Positions 10,443 through 20,867 of a stretch of 33,229 nucleotides of DNA are shown here, in pieces (the stretch's first letter is position 1; every line of letters starts with the position of its first letter). Below the pieces are notes generated by a model. The model was not told the origin of the DNA. It searched no databases and worked only from the letters and a program-made list of their open reading frames with translations. The position numbers and the translations under genes were made by a program. The stretch comes from Thraustochytrium aureum (taxonomy: Eukaryota), in assembly GCA_012862495.1 (NCBI GenBank), contig BLSG01000105.1:31379-64607 (forward strand), given 5' to 3'.

Positions 10443-12887
10443 CTCGAGCAGCTCGGCAGTTGCAGCGTCCTCAACCAGCCCGTCGCCCTCCGTGTTGACC
10501 AGCGACAAGCTCGACTCGTCCACCGCGCCCACGAGATCACTTGCGCGTTCCGCAGCACCGCCACCGCCCAGCTCGCTCCTGCCTGACGCGCGCTCCTCGC
10601 GCTCACGCTGCTGCCGCTGGGAGAGGTCAAAGTCGTGGTAACGAGAGTTGGCCAGCAGGGACGGAAGCTCAAAGGCATCCAGGTCGTGGTCGTCGGGCAG
10701 GGGCGTAATCACAAACGAATCCAAGTCGCCAAGCCCACCGCCGCGCCGGCCGGCGCGAGCGACACGGCCACGTGGTCGCAGCTTTGGTCCGGTTTGTCGG
10801 CCCGACCTTGCAAGTCCGCGCGATCGAGCTTTGTTTTGGCCTGGCTGAATCGCTTCCTCCTCGCGCTGCTGCGGCGAGAGCGAGACGCTTTGCGACGCGG
10901 CACCAGAGCCCGAAACCACAGAGCCTCCACCAAAGCTTCCAGAAGTGGCGCCCCCAAAGGTCGGGTATTGCGCCAGCTGCAAAGGGTCTGCACTCCTCGA
11001 AGCACGACGCGGGGAAACCGCGACGATCGGTACTCCACTGTCGTGTGCAGCGTCACTCTGCGCAAGTCGGGCGGCGGGTCCGCTCTCCGGGCTGAATTCT
11101 TCGCCGCGGGAAACGCTTCCAAAGCCCTGCGAGCCACCTATCTGGCTGTGGACGACGGATTCGTCGCGCGCGCGTCGGTCGAACGCCGACTCTGGTGGCA
11201 TGCGCCCGCTCCACATGAGCTCTAGTTGCTGCGAGCGGATTTGGCGCTCGACGAGCTCGCCTGGAGACGGCGCGCCGCCGGCAAAGTCAGGTTGACCTCG
11301 AGCGCCGACGAGGGGAGTAAAGTGGACCGGCGCAGGCTGGATGGCAGAGTCAATCAGGGACTCTAGGTTCATCCTTCCGCTGTCCATGCGCCGCCGCTCT
11401 CGGCGGCGAGCTCGCAGGTGCTGCCGCTCAGCAACGTCTTTCTCTTGCACGGTGCGCGAGCGGGCTTGGTCTGCGGCGAGGTGCACGAGGGGCGCAGCGA
11501 GAGCGCGCTGTTCGTTTGCAGGCCCCTCAGCTCCGAGTCCATACTTGCGCTGGTTGGCGCGCTCCCGCAGAATCTGGGCTCTTGTCTTGCGGATGCGCAG
11601 AACGGAACTCACGATTCGGTCCTGCAGCCGCGCAGGGTCGCGGACGTCTTCCAAGTCGTCGGCCCCCTCGTCGTCGAGGCCCCGTTGGCCACGCGGGCGC
11701 TGCTCGGGACGGGCGTCGCGGTAAGGGCGCGTTGCAGCGGGAGTTGTGGCAGAGCTAGCCACCGACCGGAAGCTCCGCGAGGCTCGCAGCGTCGCCTCTG
11801 GGGATTCAGATCGACGCGGGTTCCGGTTGCGCTTAGCCAAGCCGAGGGCGCGACTCAGGCGGCGGGCAATGTCAGCATCGCACTCCTCCAGCTCGCCGAG
11901 CAGAGCGGCGACCAGCCCTCGCTCGAACGTTTCGTGATGCTGCTCCCTGGATTCCTCGCTTGAGTCAGAGTCCGCCTCTGCCTCGACAGGAACGTCTTCC
12001 TCGTTTCCGTTCTTCCAGTACAGAGGTGGTGGGAGCAGTTGTCCTTCGCCTTGACCTGGAGCCGGAATCCAGCGGTTCTCGTCGCGCTCGCCATCCCTGG
12101 TGCGGTCACTGTACGTCGGTTTCGGCGGCGCTTTGACCCGCTTGGATTTTCCTAGCCCTCTCCACGTGCTCTGCGACGCCGGCTCGGGATTTGTCGGCCG
12201 AGATTGCACGGCCCCCTCCAAGCGGTCAAGCTTGGCTTCGAGCTTGCGCATCGTTTCCAGGAGGGCGACGGAAACAGAGACGCGGCCTTCGAGCCTTGGC
12301 CTTTGTGCGCCAACGGCGCTGCCGGGGTCGTCATCTGAATCACTCGTCGCGCCGTCGGCGCTGCGGGCTTCTTCAAGCGACCCTCCGACAAGGTGCGGCA
12401 GGAGGCCGTCTCCAAAGTTGCACAAGCGGAGGCGCGCAGAGACGGCTGCCACCTTGTTTCCCATCAGGTCATAGAGCGGGAACCGGCCTTGGCGCCAGCC
12501 CCACAGGGAGGCTGGCGAGGGCAGCTGGATTTCGCTGATGCTTATTCCCTCCAGCCCGCACAGTCCGGAGAGGTCCAGGGACGTGCTGGCGACGAGCGTT
12601 GCTCGCTGGCTGTCCACAGCCGAGGGCTCGACTAGCATCAAGTACAGCGGTGCGTGCTGGAGCTTGGCAGCCGCTTTCGCAAACGGGAGCCGGAACAGGC
12701 ACGACTTGCCCGCTTCAAACGCCGGCCCCCCTTCCCGCGGCGCGATCACGATCGTCGGAAACTCCAGCAGCCTGAAAGCGACCGCAAGGCCGTTGTCCGT
12801 ACGATCCCCACGCCCATCGCCCTGCCGCTCCTGGTCCGGCCCATCGAGGCGCTGCTGCAGTCCGAGGCCGCCTTTGGCGAGGAGGTC
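10434..12887 (-). CDS. MAP10: MAP10/KIAA1383-like microtubule-associated protein (N-terminal C2-like DUF4497 domain); start codon lies in the gap
   Basis: LAVAFRLLEFPTIVI, FEAGKSCLFRL, LQHAPLYLML and GRFPLYDLMGNKVAAVSARLRLCNFGDGLLPHL resemble the MAP10 N-terminal blocks (AFRLLDFPT, GKSCLF, GRFPL...G...L). A long low-complexity C-terminus follows. Confidence 0.8.
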   Translation of the reverse strand, partial: DLLAKGGLGLQQRLDGPDQERQGDGRGDRTDNGLAVAFRLLEFPTIVIAPREGGPAFEAGKSCLFRLPFAKAAAKLQHAPLYLMLVEPSAVDSQRATLVASTSLDLSGLCGLEGISISEIQLPSPASLWGWRQGRFPLYDLMGNKVAAVSARLRLCNFGDGLLPHLVGGSLEEARSADGATSDSDDDPGSAVGAQRPRLEGRVSVSVALLETMRKLEAKLDRLEGAVQSRPTNPEPASQSTWRGLGKSKRVKAPPKPTYSDRTRDGERDENRWIPAPGQGEGQLLPPPLYWKNGNEEDVPVEAEADSDSSEESREQHHETFERGLVAALLGELEECDADIARRLSRALGLAKRNRNPRRSESPEATLRASRSFRSVASSATTPAATRPYRDARPEQRPRGQRGLDDEGADDLEDVRDPARLQDRIVSSVLRIRKTRAQILRERANQRKYGLGAEGPANEQRALAAPLVHLAADQARSRTVQEKDVAERQHLRARRRERRRMDSGRMNLESLIDSAIQPAPVHFTPLVGARGQPDFAGGAPSPGELVERQIRSQQLELMWSGRMPPESAFDRRARDESVVHSQIGGSQGFGSVSRGEEFSPESGPAARLAQSDAAHDSGVPIVAVSPRRASRSADPLQLAQYPTFGGATSGSFGGGSVVSGSGAASQSVSLSPQQREEEAIQPGQNKARSRGLARSGRQTGPKLRPRGRVARAGRRGGGLGDLDSFVITPLPDDHDLDAFELPSLLANSRYHDFDLSQRQQREREERASGRSELGGGGAAERASDLVGAVDESSLSLVNTEGDGLVEDAATAELLEQL

Positions 12888-13227
12888 NNNNNNNNNNNNN
12901 NNNNNNNNNNNNNNNNNNNNNNNNNNNNNNNNNNNNNNNNNNNNNNNNNNNNNNNNNNNNNNNNNNNNNNNNNNNNNNNNNNNNNNNNNNNNNNNNNNNN
13001 NNNNNNNNNNNNNNNNNNNNNNNNNNNNNNNNNNNNNNNNNNNNNNNNNNNNNNNNNNNNNNNNNNNNNNNNNNNNNNNNNNNNNNNNNNNNNNNNNNNN
13101 NNNNNNNNNNNNNNNNNNNNNNNNNNNNNNNNNNNNNNNNNNNNNNNNNNNNNNNNNNNNNNNNNNNNNNNNNNNNNNNNNNNNNNNNNNNNNNNNNNNN
13201 NNNNNNNNNNNNNNNNNNNNNNNCCGG

Positions 13228-13911
13228 ATGTCTAGCTCAGCCGCTGCCACCTGCGGCGAGCACGGCGACGAGTGCGTGGCCGCTTTGCGCGTCGTAGAGA
13301 GGCTCGGCGGGGACGCGGGTGTGCAGCGGTTTGACGTGCTGCGAGACGGGTCGGGCGAGGCGGCTAGCTGGGCCCAGGTCGCGCGAGCGCTCCAGACGCA
13401 ACCGGAAGTGCAGCAAGCCTTCGTGGACGCCGTTGCGAAAAGCCGGTTCGACGCGGTGTTCTTCGAAACGAGACCGACGACGCCGGCCACGGCCCATGCT
13501 GACCCGTTCGAGTTTGTGCTCGTGGAAAGTCCCGGCCTCAGTCGCGTGTCGAACGCCGACTTGGCCACGTTCAGCCAACACTTTGGCCGGGCCAACGGCG
13601 CGCCTGCGGTAGCATTTAAAAATCTCGGCGGGGACGCGGTGCTCGTTGTGCCAACACCTGACGAGCGGCTGCCGAGGGACGCTTTCGCGCACGTGGCGCC
13701 GTTCTTTCGGGCAGCCAAGTCTGGAGCGCCCCAGCTTGGACGAGCAATTTGGGCGGCCGTGGGCTTGGCGATGGAAGCGCGGCTACGGGACGGCACTCCC
13801 AGTAAGCCAGTGTGGCTGTCAACTTCCGGACTGGGAGTGTACTATCTCCACTTTCGCCTGGACGACTTTCCCAAGTACTACTCGTACGCCCCATTCCGCG
13901 ATGCGCCTTGA
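13228..13911 (+). CDS. DUF6940-like uncharacterised protein (227 aa, intronless)
   Basis: ATG at 13228, TGA at 13909-13911. Motifs AVFFETRP, FEFVLVESPGL, FSQHF, VAFKNLGGDAVLVVP and PVWLSTSGLGVYYLHFRLDDFPKYY match my recollection of this family. A longer N-terminus hidden in the gap cannot be excluded. Confidence 0.78.
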   Translation: MSSSAAATCGEHGDECVAALRVVERLGGDAGVQRFDVLRDGSGEAASWAQVARALQTQPEVQQAFVDAVAKSRFDAVFFETRPTTPATAHADPFEFVLVESPGLSRVSNADLATFSQHFGRANGAPAVAFKNLGGDAVLVVPTPDERLPRDAFAHVAPFFRAAKSGAPQLGRAIWAAVGLAMEARLRDGTPSKPVWLSTSGLGVYYLHFRLDDFPKYYSYAPFRDAP

Positions 13912-14189
13912 TTTCTTTCAAGAATGTCGCGTCTCGCGGCCTCATTTCGGGCTGTGTGGCTTTCTCAACGCTCGCCTGCGGGCCGCCGGGAAGCACCGGG
14001 CAAGCGCCGTCGGTGTTATGGGCCAGCTCTAAGGAATGGCGCATTGCGTGCGACGGGGCTGGAATACAGTTATCTATGTAGTAAGTACCTGGCCGTCAGG
14101 CAACCATTCCTTCGTTTTGCCAGCACTCGTTTCAATCAAGATGACTGCGGGAACCAAGGCGAGCGGGTTGCGCAGGTCGGCGAAGCACT

Positions 14190-17100
14190 TCATTCTAGCA
14201 GATCGTCGAGCCCACCGCCATGCATCGAGACGCCCATCGAAATCTGGGCCTGGATGCTCTCAAGTAGACCATCCGACGTTGCGGCCTTTTTGGAGGCCTT
14301 GCGCGATCCCAAGGTGCTTGTTCTGGCCAGTTTGCGTCGCGAGGGCTGTGCAGAGAGATTTCGCATGGACGGCTGCTTTGGCCGTTTCGCTTTGAATGCC
14401 GCCACTGCGTCAACCAAGCCGTTCGTGGGCGAGTCTGGACGGCGGATCTTCATGAGCATCGACGGGAGACGCCGCAGTCGCATGCTGGAATCCGCTTTCG
14501 CAAGTGGCTCAGACATAGCCGCCCCGAGGTTGCGCAAACTAATTCTGCGTGAAGGCTTGCGCCGGAGGCTCTGAAACTCCGCTCCGAATTTCCGCGTGCG
14601 GCGCTTGGCCGCGACTATGGAGCTCAAAGAAGGCGCTGTGCACGGCGTCACTTCGACTTGTGCGTCCGCCGTGTAAAAAGGCGCTGATGGCAGCAACAGA
14701 GCGCTTGACCGCAGTTGCTGGGCAAAGTTTGTCGCGTCTACTTGGAGGTCCCAGGGGACCTTGGAGAGCTTGCAGCCCATGGCCGCCGCAATGGCCTGCG
14801 AGATTGCGGCTCGAGGCATGAGCCGGTCCACCGAGATAATTGCAGCTTTGACCTGAGTGAGGCTCAGCTTGAAGTCCTCAGTGGCCGCGTTGTCCTTTTG
14901 GTCGGGCCTTGACCAGGCAATACGCTCACCGGTTCTCGCCGCCTTTTCAGCAGCAGCGGCGGCAGCGGCGGCGGCCGATATGCCAAAGGCGGCCGCCTTG
15001 ATTGCCGCGCCAACCTTGTCCGCGAACGCGACCAGGGTATCAAGGGTGCTCGCCAAGAGCGTTTGCAGGAAAGGCGAATCCTTGGGGAAGTCAAAGAGGC
15101 GGATGTAGTTGACTGACAGCGACCGCCTCGAGACCTCCCGCCCGAGCAGGAAGACGAGCTCTTCAATCTCTTCGGGCGACTTGAGAGGAAACAAGTGAGG
15201 TAGCGAGAGCTCTACGTCGCCAACATTGACCTTTCCACTCGGGACGATGGCCTTGGTGGACCTGGCGCTCCCCATCGAGAGGCGCTGGCGCTCGACGTCG
15301 ATGCGTCGGAAAAAGGACTGCAGGACTCTCATAAACTCACTGGTAAGCTCAAGGACCTCCTCGCTCAGGTCTCCTGCAATGACCAGCAAGAGGCCCCGCG
15401 CAGTGGCCCAGGTCGCAGAGCGCTTTTGCAGCTCATTGACGAGGTTGTAGCCCCATTCCGCAATGAGCGCCTGGATGCCAAAGCGAGTCTTGAGAAATTC
15501 GTAGACGAAGTCGTTGAAGGATCTGACCACCGCAGCCCCGGCGCCAGCCTGCTTGCGCTCGAGGCTCCTTTCCGACAAGAGGCCGTCCACGAGCGAGGTC
15601 ACGTCGTCGTCGCTCATTTCGCGGGTGCGCACTTTCCCGTTTTGGCGCAAGAACTTTGGCACATGGGCGGCTGTGCCGAGGCACGTAATAAACTTGGACT
15701 GCGCGCTGCTGCCGGCGATGGAGGCCGTCAGCCGCTTGTGCGTCGCCAGAAAGGCGCCTGCGATGTTCGCCAGCCTGGGCGACGCGCCCTCGCGCTCTCG
15801 AGCGTTGCCCTCTCCTCCACTAGCGGCGCTCTGGGCCGGGCTTGCGCCACGGTGCTGTGTGCCCTCGCGGTGGAGCTTGATCATTGCGAGGATCGCAGTG
15901 CCCCTTGCTTGCGTTTTTTTCTTGCGCTTGATAGTCTCGCGCGCTTTCTCGGCGAAGAGCGAGTACGCCTCTTCCTCGGTCAAGGGCTTGTCGTCGTCCT
16001 CGTCGTCCCCCGCTTGCTCGGTGCTCACAAGGTTGAGCGAGGTCCGCTGCGATCCACGTTGCAGACGGCGCGTGGCTCTTCGAAGGGCGTCGGGCACGAC
16101 AGCTCGCACCGTTCTGCTTCGCGCACCATCAGTGTTTGTCTCCCCTCGGCTCGCGGCCTCCTCTTCCTTGCGTTGTTCGTCCTCGCGGCGTTGCTTTTCC
16201 ACGTAGTACGCGGACCCCTCTGGAATCAAGCTCTCTGCGCTTTGTAGCGCGCTCTCCGTTTGGACAAGCATGGCGGTCACGTTGGTGATCTGCTCGACAA
16301 CAATCTCCACCAGGGCGCGCTGGATCGAGCTCTTCTCGTTCTGCTCGTCGCTGCTCTTGGGCTCCGCAAGCTCCTCGGGTGGAACGGTTGCGGCCGCGTC
16401 GGGTTTATTGAGTTGGGACTTCTTCGTTTCATGGCCCGAGACCAGCTCGATCATCTTCCGCACGACCGCGTAGGAAAACGGCTCGGTGAGGATGCTGTTC
16501 ATTCGCCTCACCGTCCTTCGCCGCTGCTTTCTTGCCAAGTCGTCGCCATCGTCTTTGGACTGCGATGGGTCGAGGTCCTTTGCGACAAGCATCTTCCAGC
16601 CTGGGTGATCTTTCACTCGCACTGCAAGACAAGGCAAGTGCTCACGAAGCAGGTTGTTCCAGTCCGGCCGGGGCGTCAACGCGCGAAACTCTGCTCGCTC
16701 AAACACGGGCACCTTTTCTTGCTGCGCTTTGCGATCGTTGGCCTGGGCTTCGAGCGCGTCCATGACTTCGCCGAGGCGAAGGGCCTTGAGGGAAATTCCG
16801 TTCGCGAACGAGGCGTCGAGCTCGTCGTAGCGCCGAAGCCTCTCCTCTACCTGAGCGAGCTCCTGTTCGGCTGCAACAAGCACCGCCAGAGGCACCCTTG
16901 TTTGCTGGCCTTCACTCCTCTTGGCGTGCTCGGCGCGGCGTTCGGCTTTGAGAGCGACGTAGGTGGCCGTGATGTGGTCGAGCTTGGAACTCAGTTTTTT
17001 CACCTGAGCCGCCTCTTGCGCTATTTCGTCGTCCATTGTCAGGATGCGCGACTCGGCAAGCTCGAGCTCGGCGATCAAAACCGAAGTGCGTTGCTCTGCC

Positions 17101-18259
17101 TTTTCTAGGGCGGCTTTCAGCGACGTGCGCTCGGACTCGAGCGAAACAATATGCGCGCAGGTGTTGCTCAGCTTGCGGTCCCAGCTCGCCTCTTCGCTCT
17201 TGGCGTTTTCCAAAACGACGTTCAAGTCTGACACCTTGGTCTGGACCTCGTCGTGGCGCTTTTGCCACACGGCGCACTCGTCGCGGTGCATTTGCTCTCG
17301 ACTTGGGTATCCAATAGGCGCTCGAGGAAAAGCGTGCTGCAGCTTGGGTCCGAAAACAGAGCGGGCCGGACCGCGCTGCGGAGCTCGCGGAGCACGCGCT
17401 CTGTCGCAGAGTCGGCCGACTCCTCGATCACCTCGAGCGCCCGGAGCGCCGCGCCTGCCACATCGGCGTCGAGAGGGATCCCAGTCAGCTCGATGATGGG
17501 AGGTGCGCGTTGACGGCCGACTGCGCGCTGGACTGCGCTTTCCAAAACTATATCGCCCTCTTGGCAGGCTTGGCGAAGGGCCTCGACATTGCCGTCTCGG
17601 GCGTAGCAGGTGCCGGCGAGGCTGATCGTAGTGGGCTCATTCAACACTCGCCCAGCGCGCCGTCCGCGACCCTGCGCGATCGACTCCTTGCCAACCAGGA
17701 CCATCGCAAGCCCGCTGCTTGGCGCCACTTGATGGTCGGAGGACCCCTCCGCGCAAGCCGCCTCCAGGCCGGCCCCGAGAATGGCCCGAAGCATCGCAGG
17801 CGCATCTCGCCCTGCGGCGCCTGTTCCGACAGCCTCGCCATCGCCCTTCTGGTTTGATGGCCGTCGTTTTATTGTAAACCCCCACGGCGTTTGCTTCCAT
17901 CCAGGAATCATTTCGCCACGCTTCGCTCGCTCCGTGGCGGCATGCTTTGCGGCATTGGCGGCCGGAGCTCTTCTGGGCCGCGTCGGGGCACGCACGACAG
18001 CACACTCCTTCGCATGGCCGTCCTCGCGGCACTTTCCTTCTTCCTTGCACTCTCCAACGCTTTCACCGGCCACGGCAACGTCCGGCGGTGCCTGCGCCGC
18101 GTCGCAGTTGATGGTGTTGTTGGTCCGCGTCCACTTCGCTTTGCGCAGTTTCGCAGCCCGAAGCCGCTCCAACCTGCGGCGGTACACCGCCGATGCAGCG
18201 CCAACTTGATCAACGAGTACGGCCTGGCGTGGCTCGCTTCCGAGCCCGATCGCGTCCAT
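14190..18259 (-). CDS. TSNAXIP1: Translin-associated factor X-interacting protein 1 (TSNAXIP1)-like coiled-coil protein; apparent 1-nt frameshift near 17292
   Basis: A long coiled coil, LTPRPDW, and the block FITCLGTAAHVPKFLRQNGKVRTREMS...FNDFVYEFLKTRFG...IAEWGYNLV typical of TSNAXIP1 homologues. The upstream ORF (ATG at 18259) joins the 17291 ORF if one A is added in AGC-AAA-TG, giving ESK-MHRDE. Confidence 0.72.
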
Positions 18260-18408
18260 CTTGCTCGAGCGCGTCAATTGCGTTCTGCCTCAATGCGCTG
18301 CGGTGGCGGGCACGGCCAAAAGGCATCGCCTGAACGGATACGGTACACGACGAACAAAGCAAAACCCATTATAAACCAACGAACATGCAATGCCAGTGCA
18401 GAAGAAAA

Positions 18409-18847
18409 CATGGAAGGCCGTCGGGCGCTTCGCCATCGTCAAGCTTCGGATGTCAGCCCGGTTCGCACGAGACTGGGCTGTGGGGGNNNNNNNNNNNNNN
18501 NNNNNNNNNNNNNNNNNNNNNNNNNNNNNNNNNNNNNNNNNNNNNNNNNNNNNNNNNNNNNNNNNNNNNNNNNNNNNNNNNNNNNNNNNNNNNNNNNNCT
18601 CAGGGTCATCGCCATTGATTCATGGCACAAACACGTGCTGGTGGACAGCAACGGAGACGCAAAGCAGCCCAAACGGGAGATCTCTGCACGCGACAAAAGC
18701 CGCGTGCCGACGAGGCCCCAGGCGGCCCCGTTCGACGAGGCAGTACTCCGCACCGACTTACTTACACGAGCACGGCCTGCATGCATGCCTGCCTGCCCAT
18801 GTGATGTATTGATTGATTCAACGATCATAGGAAGTGTTCACGAATAA
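18409..18847 (+). CDS. Possible small hypothetical protein interrupted by a gap
   Basis: ATG at 18409 follows an A-rich leader. The frame is open on both sides of the gap (…RVIAIDSWHKHVLVDSNGD…) and AT-rich UTR-like sequence follows. No recognisable domain. Confidence 0.25.
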
Positions 18848-19270
18848 AATCTGTTCGTCGACAATTCATTCAAAATCAAATCAAAAAAACAGAAGCGACG
18901 GTTTTTGACGCGAATGCGGACGCGGCCCGCGCGTGCTTGCAGAGGCCCAACTTGATCAAGAGCAGCTGCGGCAGCTCCAGGAAAGCCCGTACTTGGCCCC
19001 GTAGTTGCTCGCGGGGCGCGCGCAGTTGCTGCTGTCTCGCGAGGTGTGGTTTGCGCGCGGTTGGCCGCATTCCGACGATCAAGGGTGGGCGCCGCCTTTT
19101 CGCGGCGTGCAGGTACATACTCTACCGGTACCGCGAGATACCGCTTGGGCGCGCTCGGCGGCGACGCGCGCGCTGGGGCTGAGCGAGCCGTCTCGGTACC
19201 CGATCGCGAGACTCGCCTGACTCTGTGTGAGCCGACGCGTTGGACGAGCTTGGCGGGGTTGACGCGGACG

Positions 19271-20867
19271 ATGGACGCCGACAAGCTCGAGCAACAGTAC
19301 ACAAGCTGCCTGCAGGAGATCGATGCCAACTTGGTGAGGGTGAGTGCGGCGGTTTGTATGGCTCGGTGGCTGGCTGCTCGGGCTGGTGCCAGGTTTCGCT
19401 GACCAAGCTCTGCGGCTGGTGATTCAAAAACTAAATCCAAAGGCCATCGACGCCGGCGGCAAGCTGTTGGACGCTGTCAAGGCCTTCGACGGCCGCGTCA
19501 AGCAGGTGGCGGCCAACTCGGCTGTATGGTGCAACTTCTTTGACCGCATTGCGTTCGCGAGTCAAGCGCCCTCATCAAACTCCTCCCCGGCGTGCGAGCA
19601 AGCCCACGGCAGCAAAAGGGCAAAGCCCGGCCGGCCTGAACGGGCAGCAGAGGGGGACGAGAGCAAGCTGTCAAGCGCGTCAAGTGACGCGCCGCCGACG
19701 CCAAAGCTCCCCGTCTTCTCCAAGTCGTTCGCCAAGACGCCGATGGGCAAGCGGCTGCTTGAGCCTGACCAATCATTCTCCTCGCATGAGAGCTCGACGT
19801 TTGACGCCAGCGCGTCCTTCCTTGGCCAGCTCTCTCCTGCAACGGCGCGAATGGTAGAGGCGTACAAGACCCCGGCGGTGCAGAGCCGCAGGGGCGGCCG
19901 CGAGGGAACCTCGCCCGCAAGCCCCGGGCGGTTGCAGGGCCTGTCGGCTGTGCGCGCGCCACGAAGCGCCGCCTCGCACGGGAGCAACATACTGGACATC
20001 AGCGACATTACGCCAGCCACACCCGGAACGCCCGAAGACGGCGACTACGGGCCGATGTCCGTCGTCAAGTCCGCGCAAGCGCTCCGGATGCGGACCCCAG
20101 CCAAAGGGCTGACCAACTTGCTGTTGGCTTCCGGAACGCGGAGCCACGTCAACGTTTCTACGGTGTCCTCAAACCCGGCGACGCCTCAGCTGGACTCACC
20201 TCTGGCGCGCGGCGACGCGTTGCTCACGAACGAAAGCACGGCTTTACCAGCAGATCCTGCACTCGAGGAAGAGGAGGAGGAACTCGTGGGGGCCGCACAC
20301 TTGGCGGGGACCCCCTTGGCAGATCCTCCGGGCGCGTCGAGGCTTGGTGGATTTCAACTCGCGGGCACCGAGAACAACCCCAACGCGCGCAACACACCGC
20401 AAGCTCCAGGACTTTTCGGCAAGCCAAAATCCGTTCTCAAAAAGCGCTCTGCGTATGGGCCGCCGGTCACGGGGCCGTCGCAGGGCACGCCGCTGTCGCA
20501 CTCTGTGGCCAGCAAACGGAGGCGTTCGCTCTCGCGGAGCCTGGGTGCGAGCGCGGGGGACGCCGACCCTAGCGACTCGATTTCCTTTGACTTTCACGAC
20601 GAGGAGTTCGATCCGGAAGCGCCAGCACCAGAGTTTAGCCTCGACCTCTTTCCGGAGCTATTTCGGAGCGGTGAGGGGGCTGCTCAGGTGACCTCGGTGT
20701 ACAGCCAATTTGGGAACGAGAAGGCGTTCACGCTGCCACAGCTGGCAGCGAGGATGCCTTCCTTTGGGACGCAACGGATCGAGCTGATGCTTGACATGCT
20801 CGTTTCGCGCGGCGTGTTGCGACCCTTTCAACTGGAGGGCGAGCTCATGTGGCGCGTCCCTTCCTAA
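19271..20867 (+). CDS. ASK1: DASH/Dam1 kinetochore complex subunit Ask1 homologue; exons 19271-19339 and 19443-20867
   Basis: The spliced N-terminus MDADKLEQQYTSCLQEIDANLVR|AIDAGGKLLDAVKAFDGRVKQVAANSAVWCNFFD matches the Ask1 pattern LEQ..T..LQEID.N..RA.........V..........S.FW..FF. A long S/T-P-rich disordered middle and a folded C-terminal domain follow. Confidence 0.85.
19340..19442 (+). other. Spliceosomal intron (103 nt, phase 0) in ASK1
   Basis: Donor AGG|GTGAGT, branch-like ACTAAA, acceptor CCAAAG|GCC. Removal restores a continuous Ask1 domain in frame. Confidence 0.85.

Noticed and set aside
10434..13796. 1120-aa minus-strand ORF spanning the gap
   Set aside because: The portion 13224-13796 is the antisense of the DUF6940-like gene. 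Only 10434-12887 is MAP10-like, and the fusion is an artefact of translating Ns.
19344..19442. Apparent signal peptide MRRFVWLGGWLLGLVPGFADQ on the 507-aa ORF
   Set aside because: It starts at GTG inside the ASK1 intron, so it is translated intron sequence.
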